Shown in pieces: positions 39,582 through 49,167 of a DNA stretch of 64,000 nucleotides. The stretch's first letter is position 1. Each line of letters opens with the position of its first letter. The DNA comes from Microgenomates group bacterium (GTDB taxonomy: Bacteria > Patescibacteriota > Microgenomatia > UBA1406 > GWC2-37-13), in contig JBAQNR010000007.1 of NCBI GenBank assembly GCA_049304035.1, positions 4,548 through 68,547 of the forward strand. The letters run 5' to 3'. The notes under the pieces were generated by a model that ran no database searches, had not been told where the DNA came from, and saw only the letters and a list, made by a program, of their open reading frames with translations. A program made the position numbers and the translations under genes.

Positions 39582-40586
39582 ATGTCAGGAAAAAGCAGAA
39601 GAATTAGTTCAACACTGTCAGTTGGTGTTGGAGATAAACTTTCAGAAGAGCATGGATACTGTCGCAAATGTACGACAATAAAAAAGGGGGTTGATTTTTA
39701 TGCGGCTACGGATAAATTTTTAGATACGAATGGAAAGTTTTCTGTATGTAAAGCATGTGTGTCTGATATTTTTGTTGGATTTTTAAACAGCGAAAGAGAT
39801 GTAAAGAAAGCGATGTTTTTAACTTGTAAGACTTTGAATATTATGTATTCAGAATCTCATCTTGAAGCCGCAATATCTCAACTATCCACAAAGATGGGCT
39901 CCGAAGCGAATATTGATTATTCTAAGTTATTTGGTATATATAAGACCAAATTAGTCACAATTACATCTGCTTCTGGGGATGGTTCAGTTGGAACATTTGA
40001 ATACAATCCCGGTTTAACATTTAATCAGGAAGATGAACAGATTATATCTGACAATGAAGGTGAGGATTTTGCTAATTATTTAAAGAAGACCTGGGGTTCT
40101 GGACTCAGTATTGATGACTATGATTTCTTGGAAAGCACACTTGCGGAATGGCAGTCTACGCACAACTGCAATACAACCACAGAACTTCACCTTATGAAAC
40201 TTATTTGCCATGCCGAATTAGATATTCGCAAAGCAAGAGAGACCGGTGGTGATACAAAATCCATGGTGAAGGCGCTTCAGGATTTAATCAAAACAAGCAA
40301 TCTGTCTCCTGCCCAATCAAGTATGAGTTCCATGAACAAATCACAAGAGGCGCTCGGGGTTAGACTTAAGGAAATTGAAGAACTCGAGCCGTTAGAATGG
40401 TTGGAAAAACATAAGAACCCATTCGAAGACGTTGATAATCTATCACAATATCTTGATGATTTTATAGCAAGACCAATTAGAAATCTTATTACCGGTTCTC
40501 GTGATTTTAATATTAAATCGGTTGATGAAGACGGAAGATTTGACATAGAGATTAGGGAGCCGGAGGACGAGGGGGATATTTTATGA
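39582..40586 (+). CDS. putative terminase small subunit (334 aa, N-terminal Cys4 element)
   Basis: position immediately upstream of and ATGA-coupled to the large terminase; CRKC...CKAC; no family motif recognised. Confidence 0.4.
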   Translation: MSGKSRRISSTLSVGVGDKLSEEHGYCRKCTTIKKGVDFYAATDKFLDTNGKFSVCKACVSDIFVGFLNSERDVKKAMFLTCKTLNIMYSESHLEAAISQLSTKMGSEANIDYSKLFGIYKTKLVTITSASGDGSVGTFEYNPGLTFNQEDEQIISDNEGEDFANYLKKTWGSGLSIDDYDFLESTLAEWQSTHNCNTTTELHLMKLICHAELDIRKARETGGDTKSMVKALQDLIKTSNLSPAQSSMSSMNKSQEALGVRLKEIEELEPLEWLEKHKNPFEDVDNLSQYLDDFIARPIRNLITGSRDFNIKSVDEDGRFDIEIREPEDEGDIL

Positions 40587-42394
40587 GCATTCAACCCGGC
40601 GCGATAACTTCTCAGCAGAGAAATAACGAGAGAAGACAAAACCCTCTTCTTAGACCAAAATTCATGGTCAAATCAAAAGAAGTAACAGAAGAGAAAAGAA
40701 AAAGACTTATAAGATGGGCTATATTCTATAGAAGAAACACCCATAGATTTGTTGAGCACTATCTTGGAATAAAACTTTACCCATATCAAAAACTTTGGAT
40801 TTATATGATGGGAATAAAGGACTCTATGGTTTCTGTTGCAGCACGTTCTTCCGCAAAGACATGGCTTATTGGTGTGTATGCAGTTGCAAGATGCATCCTT
40901 TATCCAAACAGTAGCGTTGTCATTGTGAGTTCTACTTTGGCTCAAGCGGCAATTATTCTATCCGAAAAGATACGGGGGCTAATAAATGACTATCCCGCAG
41001 TTGCAAGAGAAATAGAATCCATTACGGTAGGTCAAAACAAGAACGAGGCAATATTCTATAATGGTTCAACCATTAGGGTTTGTGCCAGTAGAGACTCTGC
41101 TCGCGGGGCACGTGCAACTTTTATTATTGTGGAAGAGTCGAGACTTGTAAATCTTGATATTCTTAACAGTGTTATTAGACCGTTCGCGTTTGTTAGACCA
41201 ACGCCATATTCAAAACTAAAAAAATACTCATACCTTCCTCCAGAAGAACCAAAAGAGATGCATATTACATCTGCACATTATTCATCTGGTTGGTGGTATA
41301 AAGAAATGCTTGTTGCAATCAAAAACATGCTTCAAGGGAAAAATGTTGGATTCTTCGCAACGGACTATCTTACCGCAATTTTTCATAAAATAAAGACAAA
41401 GGCGGTAATTGAAAAAGATAGGGAAGTCATGGATGAAATAACTTTTCAACATGAGTATCTGAATTTGAGTTCTGGAGAGTCTAGCTCAAGTTATTTCAAG
41501 AACAAAATGTTTCAAAAAAATAGAAGTATGAAAAAATCATTTTATCCTCTGAGACCAGAAGAATACGCGAATAAAAATCAAAAGTCTTCTCTTCCTAAAA
41601 AAGAGGGTGAAATCAGGGTGGTTAGTGTTGATATTGCTACACGCGCAGGAAAGCAAAACGATAATTCTATTTTATCTTGCTTTAGATTATTTCCTACTAC
41701 AAAGGGATATGAAAAAGAAGTTCCTTATATGGAATCTCATTCTGGCTCAAACACTGGCATTCAGGCTCTTAGGGTAAAACAATTGTTCTATGAGTTCGAA
41801 GCAGATTACATTGTACTCGATGTGGCCAACGCGGGAATTTCCGTGTATGATTCTCTCACGAGTATTACTCATGATTTAGAAAAGGGAATTGAGTATCCTG
41901 CGATGACATGTATGATTCATCCGTCAATATCAGAAAAAATGTACGACGACCTAAAGAACAGAACGATTGGATTGAACGCTCTACCTGTTATTTATCCTAT
42001 TTATGGTTCATCTCAATTGAACTCTGACATTGCGGTTCAGATGAGAAACTCCCTCCAGAGAAAAACAATAACATTTCTCGTGGGAGAAAATGATGCAGAA
42101 GACTATCTTTCTAAGAATATCAAAGGATATTTGGACGCGGAGGATAGTGAGACAAGAGCCAACGCCCTTTCACCATTTGTTGAAACGGGTTTATTTGTAT
42201 ATGAATCAATAAATCTATCTATGACCATAGTTTCGGGGCTTATCAAATTATCGGAACCACCCGGAAATAGAAAAGATAGGTATACTTCGGTTTCATATGG
42301 AAACTACTTTATTTCCATATTGGAACAGGATTTATTAAAAGAATCTGAGCCAAACGATTTGGAAGATTGGCTGAATTCAACAGTTACTTGTTAA
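40583..42394 (+). CDS. terminase large subunit
   Basis: 603 aa; Walker A-like AARSSAKTW, Walker B FIIVEES, C-terminal RNaseH-like VVSVDIATRAG; position before the head genes. Confidence 0.7.
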   Translation: MSIQPGAITSQQRNNERRQNPLLRPKFMVKSKEVTEEKRKRLIRWAIFYRRNTHRFVEHYLGIKLYPYQKLWIYMMGIKDSMVSVAARSSAKTWLIGVYAVARCILYPNSSVVIVSSTLAQAAIILSEKIRGLINDYPAVAREIESITVGQNKNEAIFYNGSTIRVCASRDSARGARATFIIVEESRLVNLDILNSVIRPFAFVRPTPYSKLKKYSYLPPEEPKEMHITSAHYSSGWWYKEMLVAIKNMLQGKNVGFFATDYLTAIFHKIKTKAVIEKDREVMDEITFQHEYLNLSSGESSSSYFKNKMFQKNRSMKKSFYPLRPEEYANKNQKSSLPKKEGEIRVVSVDIATRAGKQNDNSILSCFRLFPTTKGYEKEVPYMESHSGSNTGIQALRVKQLFYEFEADYIVLDVANAGISVYDSLTSITHDLEKGIEYPAMTCMIHPSISEKMYDDLKNRTIGLNALPVIYPIYGSSQLNSDIAVQMRNSLQRKTITFLVGENDAEDYLSKNIKGYLDAEDSETRANALSPFVETGLFVYESINLSMTIVSGLIKLSEPPGNRKDRYTSVSYGNYFISILEQDLLKESEPNDLEDWLNSTVTC

Positions 42395-42396
42395 GC

Positions 42397-42432
42397 AAAC
42401 AGGCTATCCCAACCGATAGCCTGTTTTAATTT
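42397..42432 (+). terminator. rho-independent terminator
   Basis: perfect 12-bp stem 42397-42408/42415-42426, followed by TTAATTT. Confidence 0.65.
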
Positions 42433-42452
42433 AAGAACGTTGGAGGTGTTGA

Positions 42453-43265
42453 TTGTATAATGGATTTTATGAGTTGGTTTGCAACAGCGAAGAGGAAATT
42501 GCTGGATTTTATCAAGGCGAAATGGATTTAGATTTAAAGACAAATCAATATCTTATCTTGAAGAACAGCAAAGGCGACATACTAGACAAACTTAGGTGGG
42601 ATGGAAAGGAGTTCAAACAACTTTCCAGAACTAAATTACAGGCAATCAAACCAAAAACAGCGCGGCAGGAATGTTTATTCGACCTACTCGCAAACAAGAG
42701 TATTCCGATAAAGATTATCGCGGGAGTTGCAGGAAGTGGAAAAAGCAAACTGGCAATCTCACACGGACTACATTTTGTATTGAAGGGCGATTATCAAAAA
42801 ATATTCATCGTGCGACATAATGTTGCAGTAGGTGAAAAGAACGGATATGTCAAGGGCTCCAAGTTCGATAAGGCAATGGCGTGGTTGGGATTCTTTGAAG
42901 ACAATATTGAAGACCAACAACTTAGCATGGCTGAGATGTTCGACAGAAAAACTTTAGACACGGACTTTGTTGAAGCAATGAAGGGTCGAGACTTAAAGAA
43001 CTCTTTCATTATTGTTGATGAATGCGAAGACTTAACAGTAGAACAGTTCCGAATGTTGGGTGAGCGGGTATCCTATGGTAGTACGGTTTGTTTTGTGGGA
43101 GACTATAATCAAACAACACAAGAAAAATATAAATCAAATAGCGGGCTATGTAGAGCAATCGAAAATTTATCTGGAAGTCCGCTAGTTGGAGTAATCGTGT
43201 TTGATGATGTCGTAAACGACAATGTAAGAAGCGATGCCAGCAAGGTGTTCACTTCTTTATATTAA
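42453..43265 (+). CDS. PhoH-like ATPase
   Basis: Walker A GVAGSGKSKLA, Walker B IIVDECED, GDYNQT; TTG start 6 nt after GGAGG. Confidence 0.65.
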   Translation: MYNGFYELVCNSEEEIAGFYQGEMDLDLKTNQYLILKNSKGDILDKLRWDGKEFKQLSRTKLQAIKPKTARQECLFDLLANKSIPIKIIAGVAGSGKSKLAISHGLHFVLKGDYQKIFIVRHNVAVGEKNGYVKGSKFDKAMAWLGFFEDNIEDQQLSMAEMFDRKTLDTDFVEAMKGRDLKNSFIIVDECEDLTVEQFRMLGERVSYGSTVCFVGDYNQTTQEKYKSNSGLCRAIENLSGSPLVGVIVFDDVVNDNVRSDASKVFTSLY

Positions 43266-43284
43266 TTAAATAAAGGAATATTAT

Positions 43285-44043
43285 ATGAATATTACAAAAG
43301 AAGTAGAATTTCCGGACATCTCGTTTTGGCAAGGAAATGTGGACTTCGCAAAAATGTCATCCAAAACAAAAAACATAATTCTTCGTGCGGGTCAGGGAAA
43401 TTTTATAGATAGTAAATTTGAAAGAAATAGAAGTGAAGCAAAAAAATATGGAATGAATTGGGGAATGTATTGGTTTTTTGATGGAAGATATTCTCCAAAG
43501 TCTCAAATTGAGGCAATCGCAAGGCTGATAAGACAAAACGATAATATTCCGAATGTTGGATTATGGATTGACTGGGAACGTAACTATTCCGGAAATTATG
43601 AGGGAATAAAAAATGTTATTGCCGTAATGGAAGGAATAGAGGAAGAGTTTCCTTATATGAAGGTTGGGATTTACACGGGTTATTATTTTTTTATTGGAAA
43701 CACAAATAGAATTCTGAACTATTATCAGTTACAATATTTAAAAAATAAACCACTGTGGCTTGCTAGTTACACCGACTATCCTCAATACGTAAAAGTTCCT
43801 TTTCCGTGGACTAACGATACCGTAACAGTTTGGCAGTGGGGTACTCCTCCACTTGGAAAAGAATACGGATGCGAGGATTCCGTCGAGATAGATATGAACT
43901 GGTGGACGAAATCAAAAGAAGAATTTGAACAATTCATAGGAAAATCAAATTCAAATACCAACGTCGGAGAAAAATATGTTCAAATAGAATCTATATCGTT
44001 GAGATTGGAAAACGGTGTAAAAAGAGAATTTATAAAAAAATAG
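43285..44043 (+). CDS. GH25-family muramidase (endolysin)
   Basis: FPDISFWQGNVDF...IILRAGQG...D..F..N...A...GM.WG.YWF pattern typical of GH25 lysozymes. Confidence 0.7.
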   Translation: MNITKEVEFPDISFWQGNVDFAKMSSKTKNIILRAGQGNFIDSKFERNRSEAKKYGMNWGMYWFFDGRYSPKSQIEAIARLIRQNDNIPNVGLWIDWERNYSGNYEGIKNVIAVMEGIEEEFPYMKVGIYTGYYFFIGNTNRILNYYQLQYLKNKPLWLASYTDYPQYVKVPFPWTNDTVTVWQWGTPPLGKEYGCEDSVEIDMNWWTKSKEEFEQFIGKSNSNTNVGEKYVQIESISLRLENGVKREFIKK

Positions 44044-44053
44044 GAGGTTTCCC

Positions 44054-44425
44054 ATGGCGAGATATACTTTTTTAACAAAATACAATATGGCATTACGTTC
44101 TGGAGTGGGAATCTCTTTTCCTGTTGTGAAGATAGTTGGAAATCCAAAAATCATAAATGGATATATTTCATATGGAACAACAATTTTATCAGATGAGATG
44201 ATTGAAAATAATAAAGGGGAATCTTGGCTAAAAGTTCTTCAAGTAAACGGAAAAGACGTTGTTGTTGAAGGATATGTTGCATATAGGATTGGACTGAACA
44301 TTTTTGGAAAATTGACAGACTCTATGGAAGACCCAAATCTGATAGAAGTAGAAAGCATAACGGTTATTCCAACCTACAAAAATGGTGTAATTGGAACCGC
44401 TTCAACGTACTATTTAAATAAATAA
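44054..44425 (+). CDS. SH3-like domain protein (possible separately encoded cell-wall-binding module)
   Basis: LRSGVGISFPVV...GESWLKVLQVNGKDVVVEGYVAY resembles bacterial SH3b; adjacent to the endolysin. Confidence 0.35.
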   Translation: MARYTFLTKYNMALRSGVGISFPVVKIVGNPKIINGYISYGTTILSDEMIENNKGESWLKVLQVNGKDVVVEGYVAYRIGLNIFGKLTDSMEDPNLIEVESITVIPTYKNGVIGTASTYYLNK

Positions 44426-44426
44426 A

Positions 44427-44458
44427 CAAAACCCCCTATTGATAAAATAGGGGTTTTA
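44427..44458 (+). terminator. terminator hairpin (overlaps an AT-palindrome copy at 44439-44462)
   Basis: aaaaccccctatt/aataggggtttt stem with one bulge, followed by TTTTAT. Confidence 0.55.
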
Positions 44459-44484
44459 TACATAGTAACAATATTCAGATTCAT

Positions 44485-44520
44485 AAATACCACTATTTAA
44501 AGATAGTGGTATTTCTCAAT
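44485..44520 (+). terminator. second terminator hairpin
   Basis: perfect 12-bp stem 44485-44496/44503-44514, followed by CTCAATTTT. Confidence 0.5.
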
Positions 44521-44560
44521 TTTAATATTACATTATCGTAACTGATAGGAGGAATATATC

Positions 44561-45502
44561 ATGTTTAATACTTTTGCAAAACCTTTTGTTCAGTTATTTA
44601 AGGTTGTATCTGAGGGAGTTCGCTATCTGCTCTATGACCGTTTCACAGATACAGCACCGACTACGTTATATACGAGTCCTGCTGTAACTGCACCTGTACC
44701 TAGTTTGGGGAGTGACCTTGTTGTGAATGGTGGATTTGCAACAGATACAGATTGGACTAAAGAGGCTACATGGACAATAAGTGGAAATGTAGCGAATGCG
44801 CTTGGAAGTGGAAACATTACTGCAACTGTTCCTCCACTCACTGTTGATGTATGGTATCAATCGTCATACGACAATATTAGTAGAGTTTCTGGAAGTACAA
44901 ACATAAGAATTGGTGCAGTAAACAATCCGTTACACAATAACATAGGGACATTTGTTGAGACACAGAAAGCAGGAACTTCTGGTTTATTAGTTAGGTCTGT
45001 TGGTTTTGAAGGAAGTATTGATAACGTTATAGTCAAACCCCTAACCCTAAGCACACTCTTTGCTTCAATCACAACACAACTTGCCAACATATCATGTTCA
45101 GTCAAAGCAACTCTAACCGCAGGAACACAAGCAGGCGTAGTTGCAAGACTGGACTCATCTTCATCTCCTGCAAATTTCCTTATCGCTTATCACGATGGGA
45201 CAAATATTGTATTGGATAAATGTGTAGGTGGAGTTTATACCAACCTAATCAACACAGCCGCTACTTATGCCGCAGATAGAAAACTCAGAGTAATTACCTA
45301 CCACTCAGATGCTACAACTTTGAAGGTGAGGGTTTACTACAACGATGTTCTAATAGGTGCGGAACAGACTGTGACAGACGCAGGAATTAGACAGAATGTT
45401 CTTCATGGTAACTTCTCTACTTATGTAGGAAACACCTTTGACTATATCAATGTTTATCCTCGCGGAAGCGACAACGAGTATTCAAAACTAGATGACTATT
45501 AG
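44561..45502 (+). CDS. tail fibre/receptor-binding-like protein, paralogue of 48229-49167
   Basis: Ala/Thr/Gly-rich; C-terminus VYYNDVLIGAEQTVTDAGIR...F aligns with LWYNGAQIGADQTISDATIR...F of 48229-49167. Confidence 0.5.
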   Translation: MFNTFAKPFVQLFKVVSEGVRYLLYDRFTDTAPTTLYTSPAVTAPVPSLGSDLVVNGGFATDTDWTKEATWTISGNVANALGSGNITATVPPLTVDVWYQSSYDNISRVSGSTNIRIGAVNNPLHNNIGTFVETQKAGTSGLLVRSVGFEGSIDNVIVKPLTLSTLFASITTQLANISCSVKATLTAGTQAGVVARLDSSSSPANFLIAYHDGTNIVLDKCVGGVYTNLINTAATYAADRKLRVITYHSDATTLKVRVYYNDVLIGAEQTVTDAGIRQNVLHGNFSTYVGNTFDYINVYPRGSDNEYSKLDDY

Positions 45503-45520
45503 AAGAAATCAACTAAATAA

Positions 45521-45554
45521 ATGTCCCTTTTATCTTCCGGGGTAAAAGGGACAT
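45521..45554 (+). terminator. hairpin (terminator-like, no clear U-tract)
   Basis: perfect 12-bp stem 45521-45532/45543-45554. Confidence 0.4.
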
Positions 45555-45582
45555 AACATTAAAAATTAACAAGGAGGTGCTT

Positions 45583-47079
45583 ATGCCAAGATTGAGTTCG
45601 GACTCTTTGAGCAATCAGAATATATCATCTGCCTTGCTTGTAAAAACTTTTACGGCTGGTCAAAATTATTCTTCGCTGATGTTTCAGATTTTTTTAGACC
45701 AAATTGCTGGAGGTGGAGATTATAAAATTTATCTCACTCATCAAATTACTGGTATCGGGAGTGAATATAAAACAGCAGTAACTACCGATAGTCTCGCTGT
45801 TGGAGAAACTTCACACAAGTTTGGAAGTATTCAAATTCCAGCAAATAATACAGACGTAATAAGAATATACGTTCAAGGTTTGACTGGAGATACAACAACT
45901 CCAGATATAACCGTTGAAGTTTGGGATTTAGCAGTTTTAACACCAACCGTTCAAGGAAGAACTTTGAACGTTTCTGCGACAGGGGAAGCAGATATAAGTG
46001 CAGGTGCAGTAGATTTGATTTGGGACGAGCCTTTGACTGGCGCGACCCACAATGTATCAACTAGCGCAGGACGTAGGCTTAGACAACTTGCTGGAAACAT
46101 CGTTATTGATGGTACTGCTGTTGGAGCGGGGGTAAACGGAAATCAAATAATATTAGATTCAACAGCGAGTTCTGTTGATGGTTCATATGACCCCTCATTA
46201 ATTGCAATTGTTAGTGGAACGGGAGCGGGACAATGTAGATTAATATTACAATATGAGGGTGCAACCAAGTTAGCAACGGTAGATAGAACTTGGAGAGTCT
46301 TACCCGATGCCACCTCTGATTATATCATATATGCTGATGCTGGCAGAGAACACGTGAATGAAGGATTGGCAAGAGGTGGAACAATCAACACAATTCGGTT
46401 GAATTCTGATGCTTCAGTTACGGACAACGAGTATGCTGGACAATTAATATTTATTCGCTCAGGGGTGGGAGAAGACCAAGTGGGTCTAGTATCTACTTAT
46501 GATGGAACAACAAAGTGGGCAACGGTTTCAAGAGATTGGGGTATTATACCAGATACAACTTCTGCATATGTGGTGTTACCAGCAAAAGCCAATTTACCAG
46601 CGGATAATGCGGTGGCTGTTTGGAGTCATGCAACCAGAACATTGAGTTCTTACGGAACACTGATTGCAGATATTTGGAATTATGTAAGGAGAACCCTTAC
46701 TTCTTCAACCGCGATTTCTTCGACTGACGTTGGAAGATATGGCGAGTTGTCACAAGAACCTGGTGTTTTGAATATAACCATGGTTCACGATGATGATTTG
46801 AGTTTTGACCTTTTGCTCAATCTCGATGTTACAAACTATGATTATTTTGCGGAAATCCAACCCCTCGGGGGCGGAACCCCAATAGTTATAACCGTTACAG
46901 CAACAGATGTGGCAACTGGAAATCTTCATTTCTACATATCTGATACGAGCATAGCAACGCTAGCAATCGTTAAGGAACGCCATAAGTGGTACTTCAAATT
47001 ATCCACGCCCAAACAAGAAACTCCTCCAATTACAACGTTCGAAAGAACAATATTGGCGGGTTATTTAAATTTAATATAA
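45583..47079 (+). CDS. tail fibre-like protein with internal tandem repeat (498 aa)
   Basis: two copies of G.G.(G/E)(Q).....Y(E/D)G.TK.ATV.R.W...PD.TS.Y motif; ATG 45583 with AAGGAGG SD. Confidence 0.5.
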   Translation: MPRLSSDSLSNQNISSALLVKTFTAGQNYSSLMFQIFLDQIAGGGDYKIYLTHQITGIGSEYKTAVTTDSLAVGETSHKFGSIQIPANNTDVIRIYVQGLTGDTTTPDITVEVWDLAVLTPTVQGRTLNVSATGEADISAGAVDLIWDEPLTGATHNVSTSAGRRLRQLAGNIVIDGTAVGAGVNGNQIILDSTASSVDGSYDPSLIAIVSGTGAGQCRLILQYEGATKLATVDRTWRVLPDATSDYIIYADAGREHVNEGLARGGTINTIRLNSDASVTDNEYAGQLIFIRSGVGEDQVGLVSTYDGTTKWATVSRDWGIIPDTTSAYVVLPAKANLPADNAVAVWSHATRTLSSYGTLIADIWNYVRRTLTSSTAISSTDVGRYGELSQEPGVLNITMVHDDDLSFDLLLNLDVTNYDYFAEIQPLGGGTPIVITVTATDVATGNLHFYISDTSIATLAIVKERHKWYFKLSTPKQETPPITTFERTILAGYLNLI

Positions 47080-47102
47080 TTGTATTTTAGGAGGTAAAAA
47101 AT

Positions 47103-47387
47103 ATGACAGAGCCAAATAAAATACCAATTCTGGTTACATTACAGGGAGAGACGTTTACGGTTTTATCAAGTTCTCTTGGAACGCTGGTTGTAAGTGAAAA
47201 TTTTACGCCATTCGTTCAGCAAGCCTCAAACTGGAACTCAACAACAAATCCAACTCAAATACTAAACAAACCCACAATCCCAACCGTCGAGCCCAGTACG
47301 GTTTTAAATGACGTACTAGTGGGAGACGGAACGGGTGGGTGGGTTAAGAAAACGTTGGCAGAATTCAAAACAATACTTGGAATTTAA
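47103..47387 (+). CDS. hypothetical structural protein (94 aa)
   Basis: track ORF; TAGGAGG SD. Confidence 0.6.
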   Translation: MTEPNKIPILVTLQGETFTVLSSSLGTLVVSENFTPFVQQASNWNSTTNPTQILNKPTIPTVEPSTVLNDVLVGDGTGGWVKKTLAEFKTILGI

Positions 47388-47390
47388 ACA

Positions 47391-47414
47391 TAAATAAAAC
47401 ACGTATTTTATTCA
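47391..47414. repeat. AT-palindrome family copy (plus-arm)
   Basis: taaataaaacacgtattttattca. Confidence 0.6.
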
Positions 47415-47473
47415 TACTATAAAAAAACAAAATTCTTTGTTTTTTCCGTTAATAGCGGGCAAGGAGGTTTTAA

Positions 47474-48190
47474 ATGGCAATTGTTTTTACGGGACGAATG
47501 AACGTCCCAAACTATACGGCTCTAACAACTGATTTGGCGGGTGGAATCCTGCCGGGCGCACAGCCCGGAATGGTCATATTTCTTTCGGATAATGCAACGT
47601 GGAAAATTGTACAACACGACTTGAGTTTGGCAACATATGCTCTTCCTGTTACACTGTCTCCATCTGCGTCTATTGACATTGGTGATGTGACCCTTTTGGC
47701 AGGTGAAGCATATATTGGAAAAACTGGTGGAAGCACAACCGTTGTAACTGTCGCTCCCGTTTTAACTGTTGCCGCAACGTATGCTACGGGGGATTACGTA
47801 GGAACAAGCGCCGCACCGATGACCTTTTCTAGTTGTGCCAGAGTTGCTGGTGGAACCGGATTAATCACGGGCTGTATGCTTATTGATTATAATTTGCAGT
47901 CTGTTTCTGGAGAACTCTGGCTATTTGATGCCAGCGTAAGCGCACCCGCTGATTCTGCGGCATGGAGTTTAAGTGATGCTGACATGCTAAAATGCATCGG
48001 TGTAATTCCGTTTTCAACATATTACGCTAGTGCATTGAACAGCGTGTCATTTGGTGTTCCTACCTCTGCTCCAATTGTATTTAAATGTGGAAGCGCCCTG
48101 AGAGAACTATACGGATGTTTTGTAACTCGTGGTGCTCCCGCTTACGCTTCTGGAGATTTGACCTTTAGATTATCCGTATTACAGGATTAA
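47474..48190 (+). CDS. hypothetical structural protein (238 aa)
   Basis: track ORF; AAGGAGG SD; GC-richer Ala/Gly/Thr-rich composition. Confidence 0.6.
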   Translation: MAIVFTGRMNVPNYTALTTDLAGGILPGAQPGMVIFLSDNATWKIVQHDLSLATYALPVTLSPSASIDIGDVTLLAGEAYIGKTGGSTTVVTVAPVLTVAATYATGDYVGTSAAPMTFSSCARVAGGTGLITGCMLIDYNLQSVSGELWLFDASVSAPADSAAWSLSDADMLKCIGVIPFSTYYASALNSVSFGVPTSAPIVFKCGSALRELYGCFVTRGAPAYASGDLTFRLSVLQD

Positions 48191-48195
48191 AACTA

Positions 48196-48219
48196 TGAAT
48201 AGAAACATTGTTTTATTCG
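48196..48219. repeat. AT-palindrome family copy (plus-arm)
   Basis: tgaatagaaacattgttttattcg, then GAGGTG SD. Confidence 0.5.
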
Positions 48220-48228
48220 AGGTGTGTC

Positions 48229-49167
48229 ATGGATGATAGGCGGCGCAGACTGATTGGGGCGGGGGTGTTGGGGCGAGGCGGGGCAACATTCGCTCGCACC
48301 ATTAGTCCAACGTGGGGCAGTGAACTACTGTCAGACCCCGGACTTGAGGGAATATACACGGCTGGATTATGTGCTGGATTTTCCAAAGGAGGAAGCCCAA
48401 CCGTGTCGCAATCTGCTGATGTGCATGGCGGGGCAAAGGCTCAGGAATTCACGGCAGTCGCAAACAGCAACGGCATCCATTATGGCTCACTCGCGTCTGT
48501 TGTGGGGTTTGAGAAAATATCCGCTTGGTCAAAACGCACCGCAGGGGCAAGTGGAAAAACCAATATCCAACATATCACAACCTTTGGAACAATAAAACAA
48601 ATTTTTAGTATAACTTGGGCAGATTACACGCAAATAGAACTCGTGGCGAGGAATAATGGGGCATCAGACTTATATCCATGTATTAACCGTGATGCCTCTG
48701 TATTTGACACGGTTATCGTAGACGACATCAGCCACAAGAAATTAACTCTATCAACAGCACTAGCCACTCCCAAAACGCATGACAGTGATGCGATTGTCAG
48801 AGCGGGAGTAACCGTGCCTGTTTGCTATCAGGGGGGCGTGGCAATGAATCTGAACAGCCTATCTACTCCGACTTATGGAGTATTGGCTTATGTGGATGGG
48901 AATCCGCTTGGAACTGTTGGGACTTATGCCGCCACTCTCGACCAAATTATCAATAACGTATGGACACGCCTTGTCCATGCAGTAATAACCTATGTCGCAG
49001 GTGCGAGTATCGAGGTACGAAACGTTGGTAATACCTATCAACTCTGGTACAACGGCGCACAAATTGGAGCAGACCAGACCATCAGTGACGCGACCATTAG
49101 GGCTGGGACGATTGCCACTCAATTCGCCACATCACCCAATGTTATTTTTGCGAGTTACGCGCCATGA
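48229..49167 (+). CDS. tail fibre/receptor-binding-like protein, paralogue of 44561-45502
   Basis: track ORF trimmed to ATG 48229; C-terminal similarity to 44561-45502; the most GC-rich stretch of the window. Confidence 0.5.
   Translation: MDDRRRRLIGAGVLGRGGATFARTISPTWGSELLSDPGLEGIYTAGLCAGFSKGGSPTVSQSADVHGGAKAQEFTAVANSNGIHYGSLASVVGFEKISAWSKRTAGASGKTNIQHITTFGTIKQIFSITWADYTQIELVARNNGASDLYPCINRDASVFDTVIVDDISHKKLTLSTALATPKTHDSDAIVRAGVTVPVCYQGGVAMNLNSLSTPTYGVLAYVDGNPLGTVGTYAATLDQIINNVWTRLVHAVITYVAGASIEVRNVGNTYQLWYNGAQIGADQTISDATIRAGTIATQFATSPNVIFASYAP

Noticed and set aside
48254-48595. 113-aa alternative-frame ORF, and antisense ORFs 48859-49122, 49826-50236, 52151-52588, 55311-55790, 62607-62895 in the GC-richer structural genes
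   Set aside because: Long spurious frames are expected in GC-richer segments. All of them overlap SD-preceded genes that fit the operon structure.
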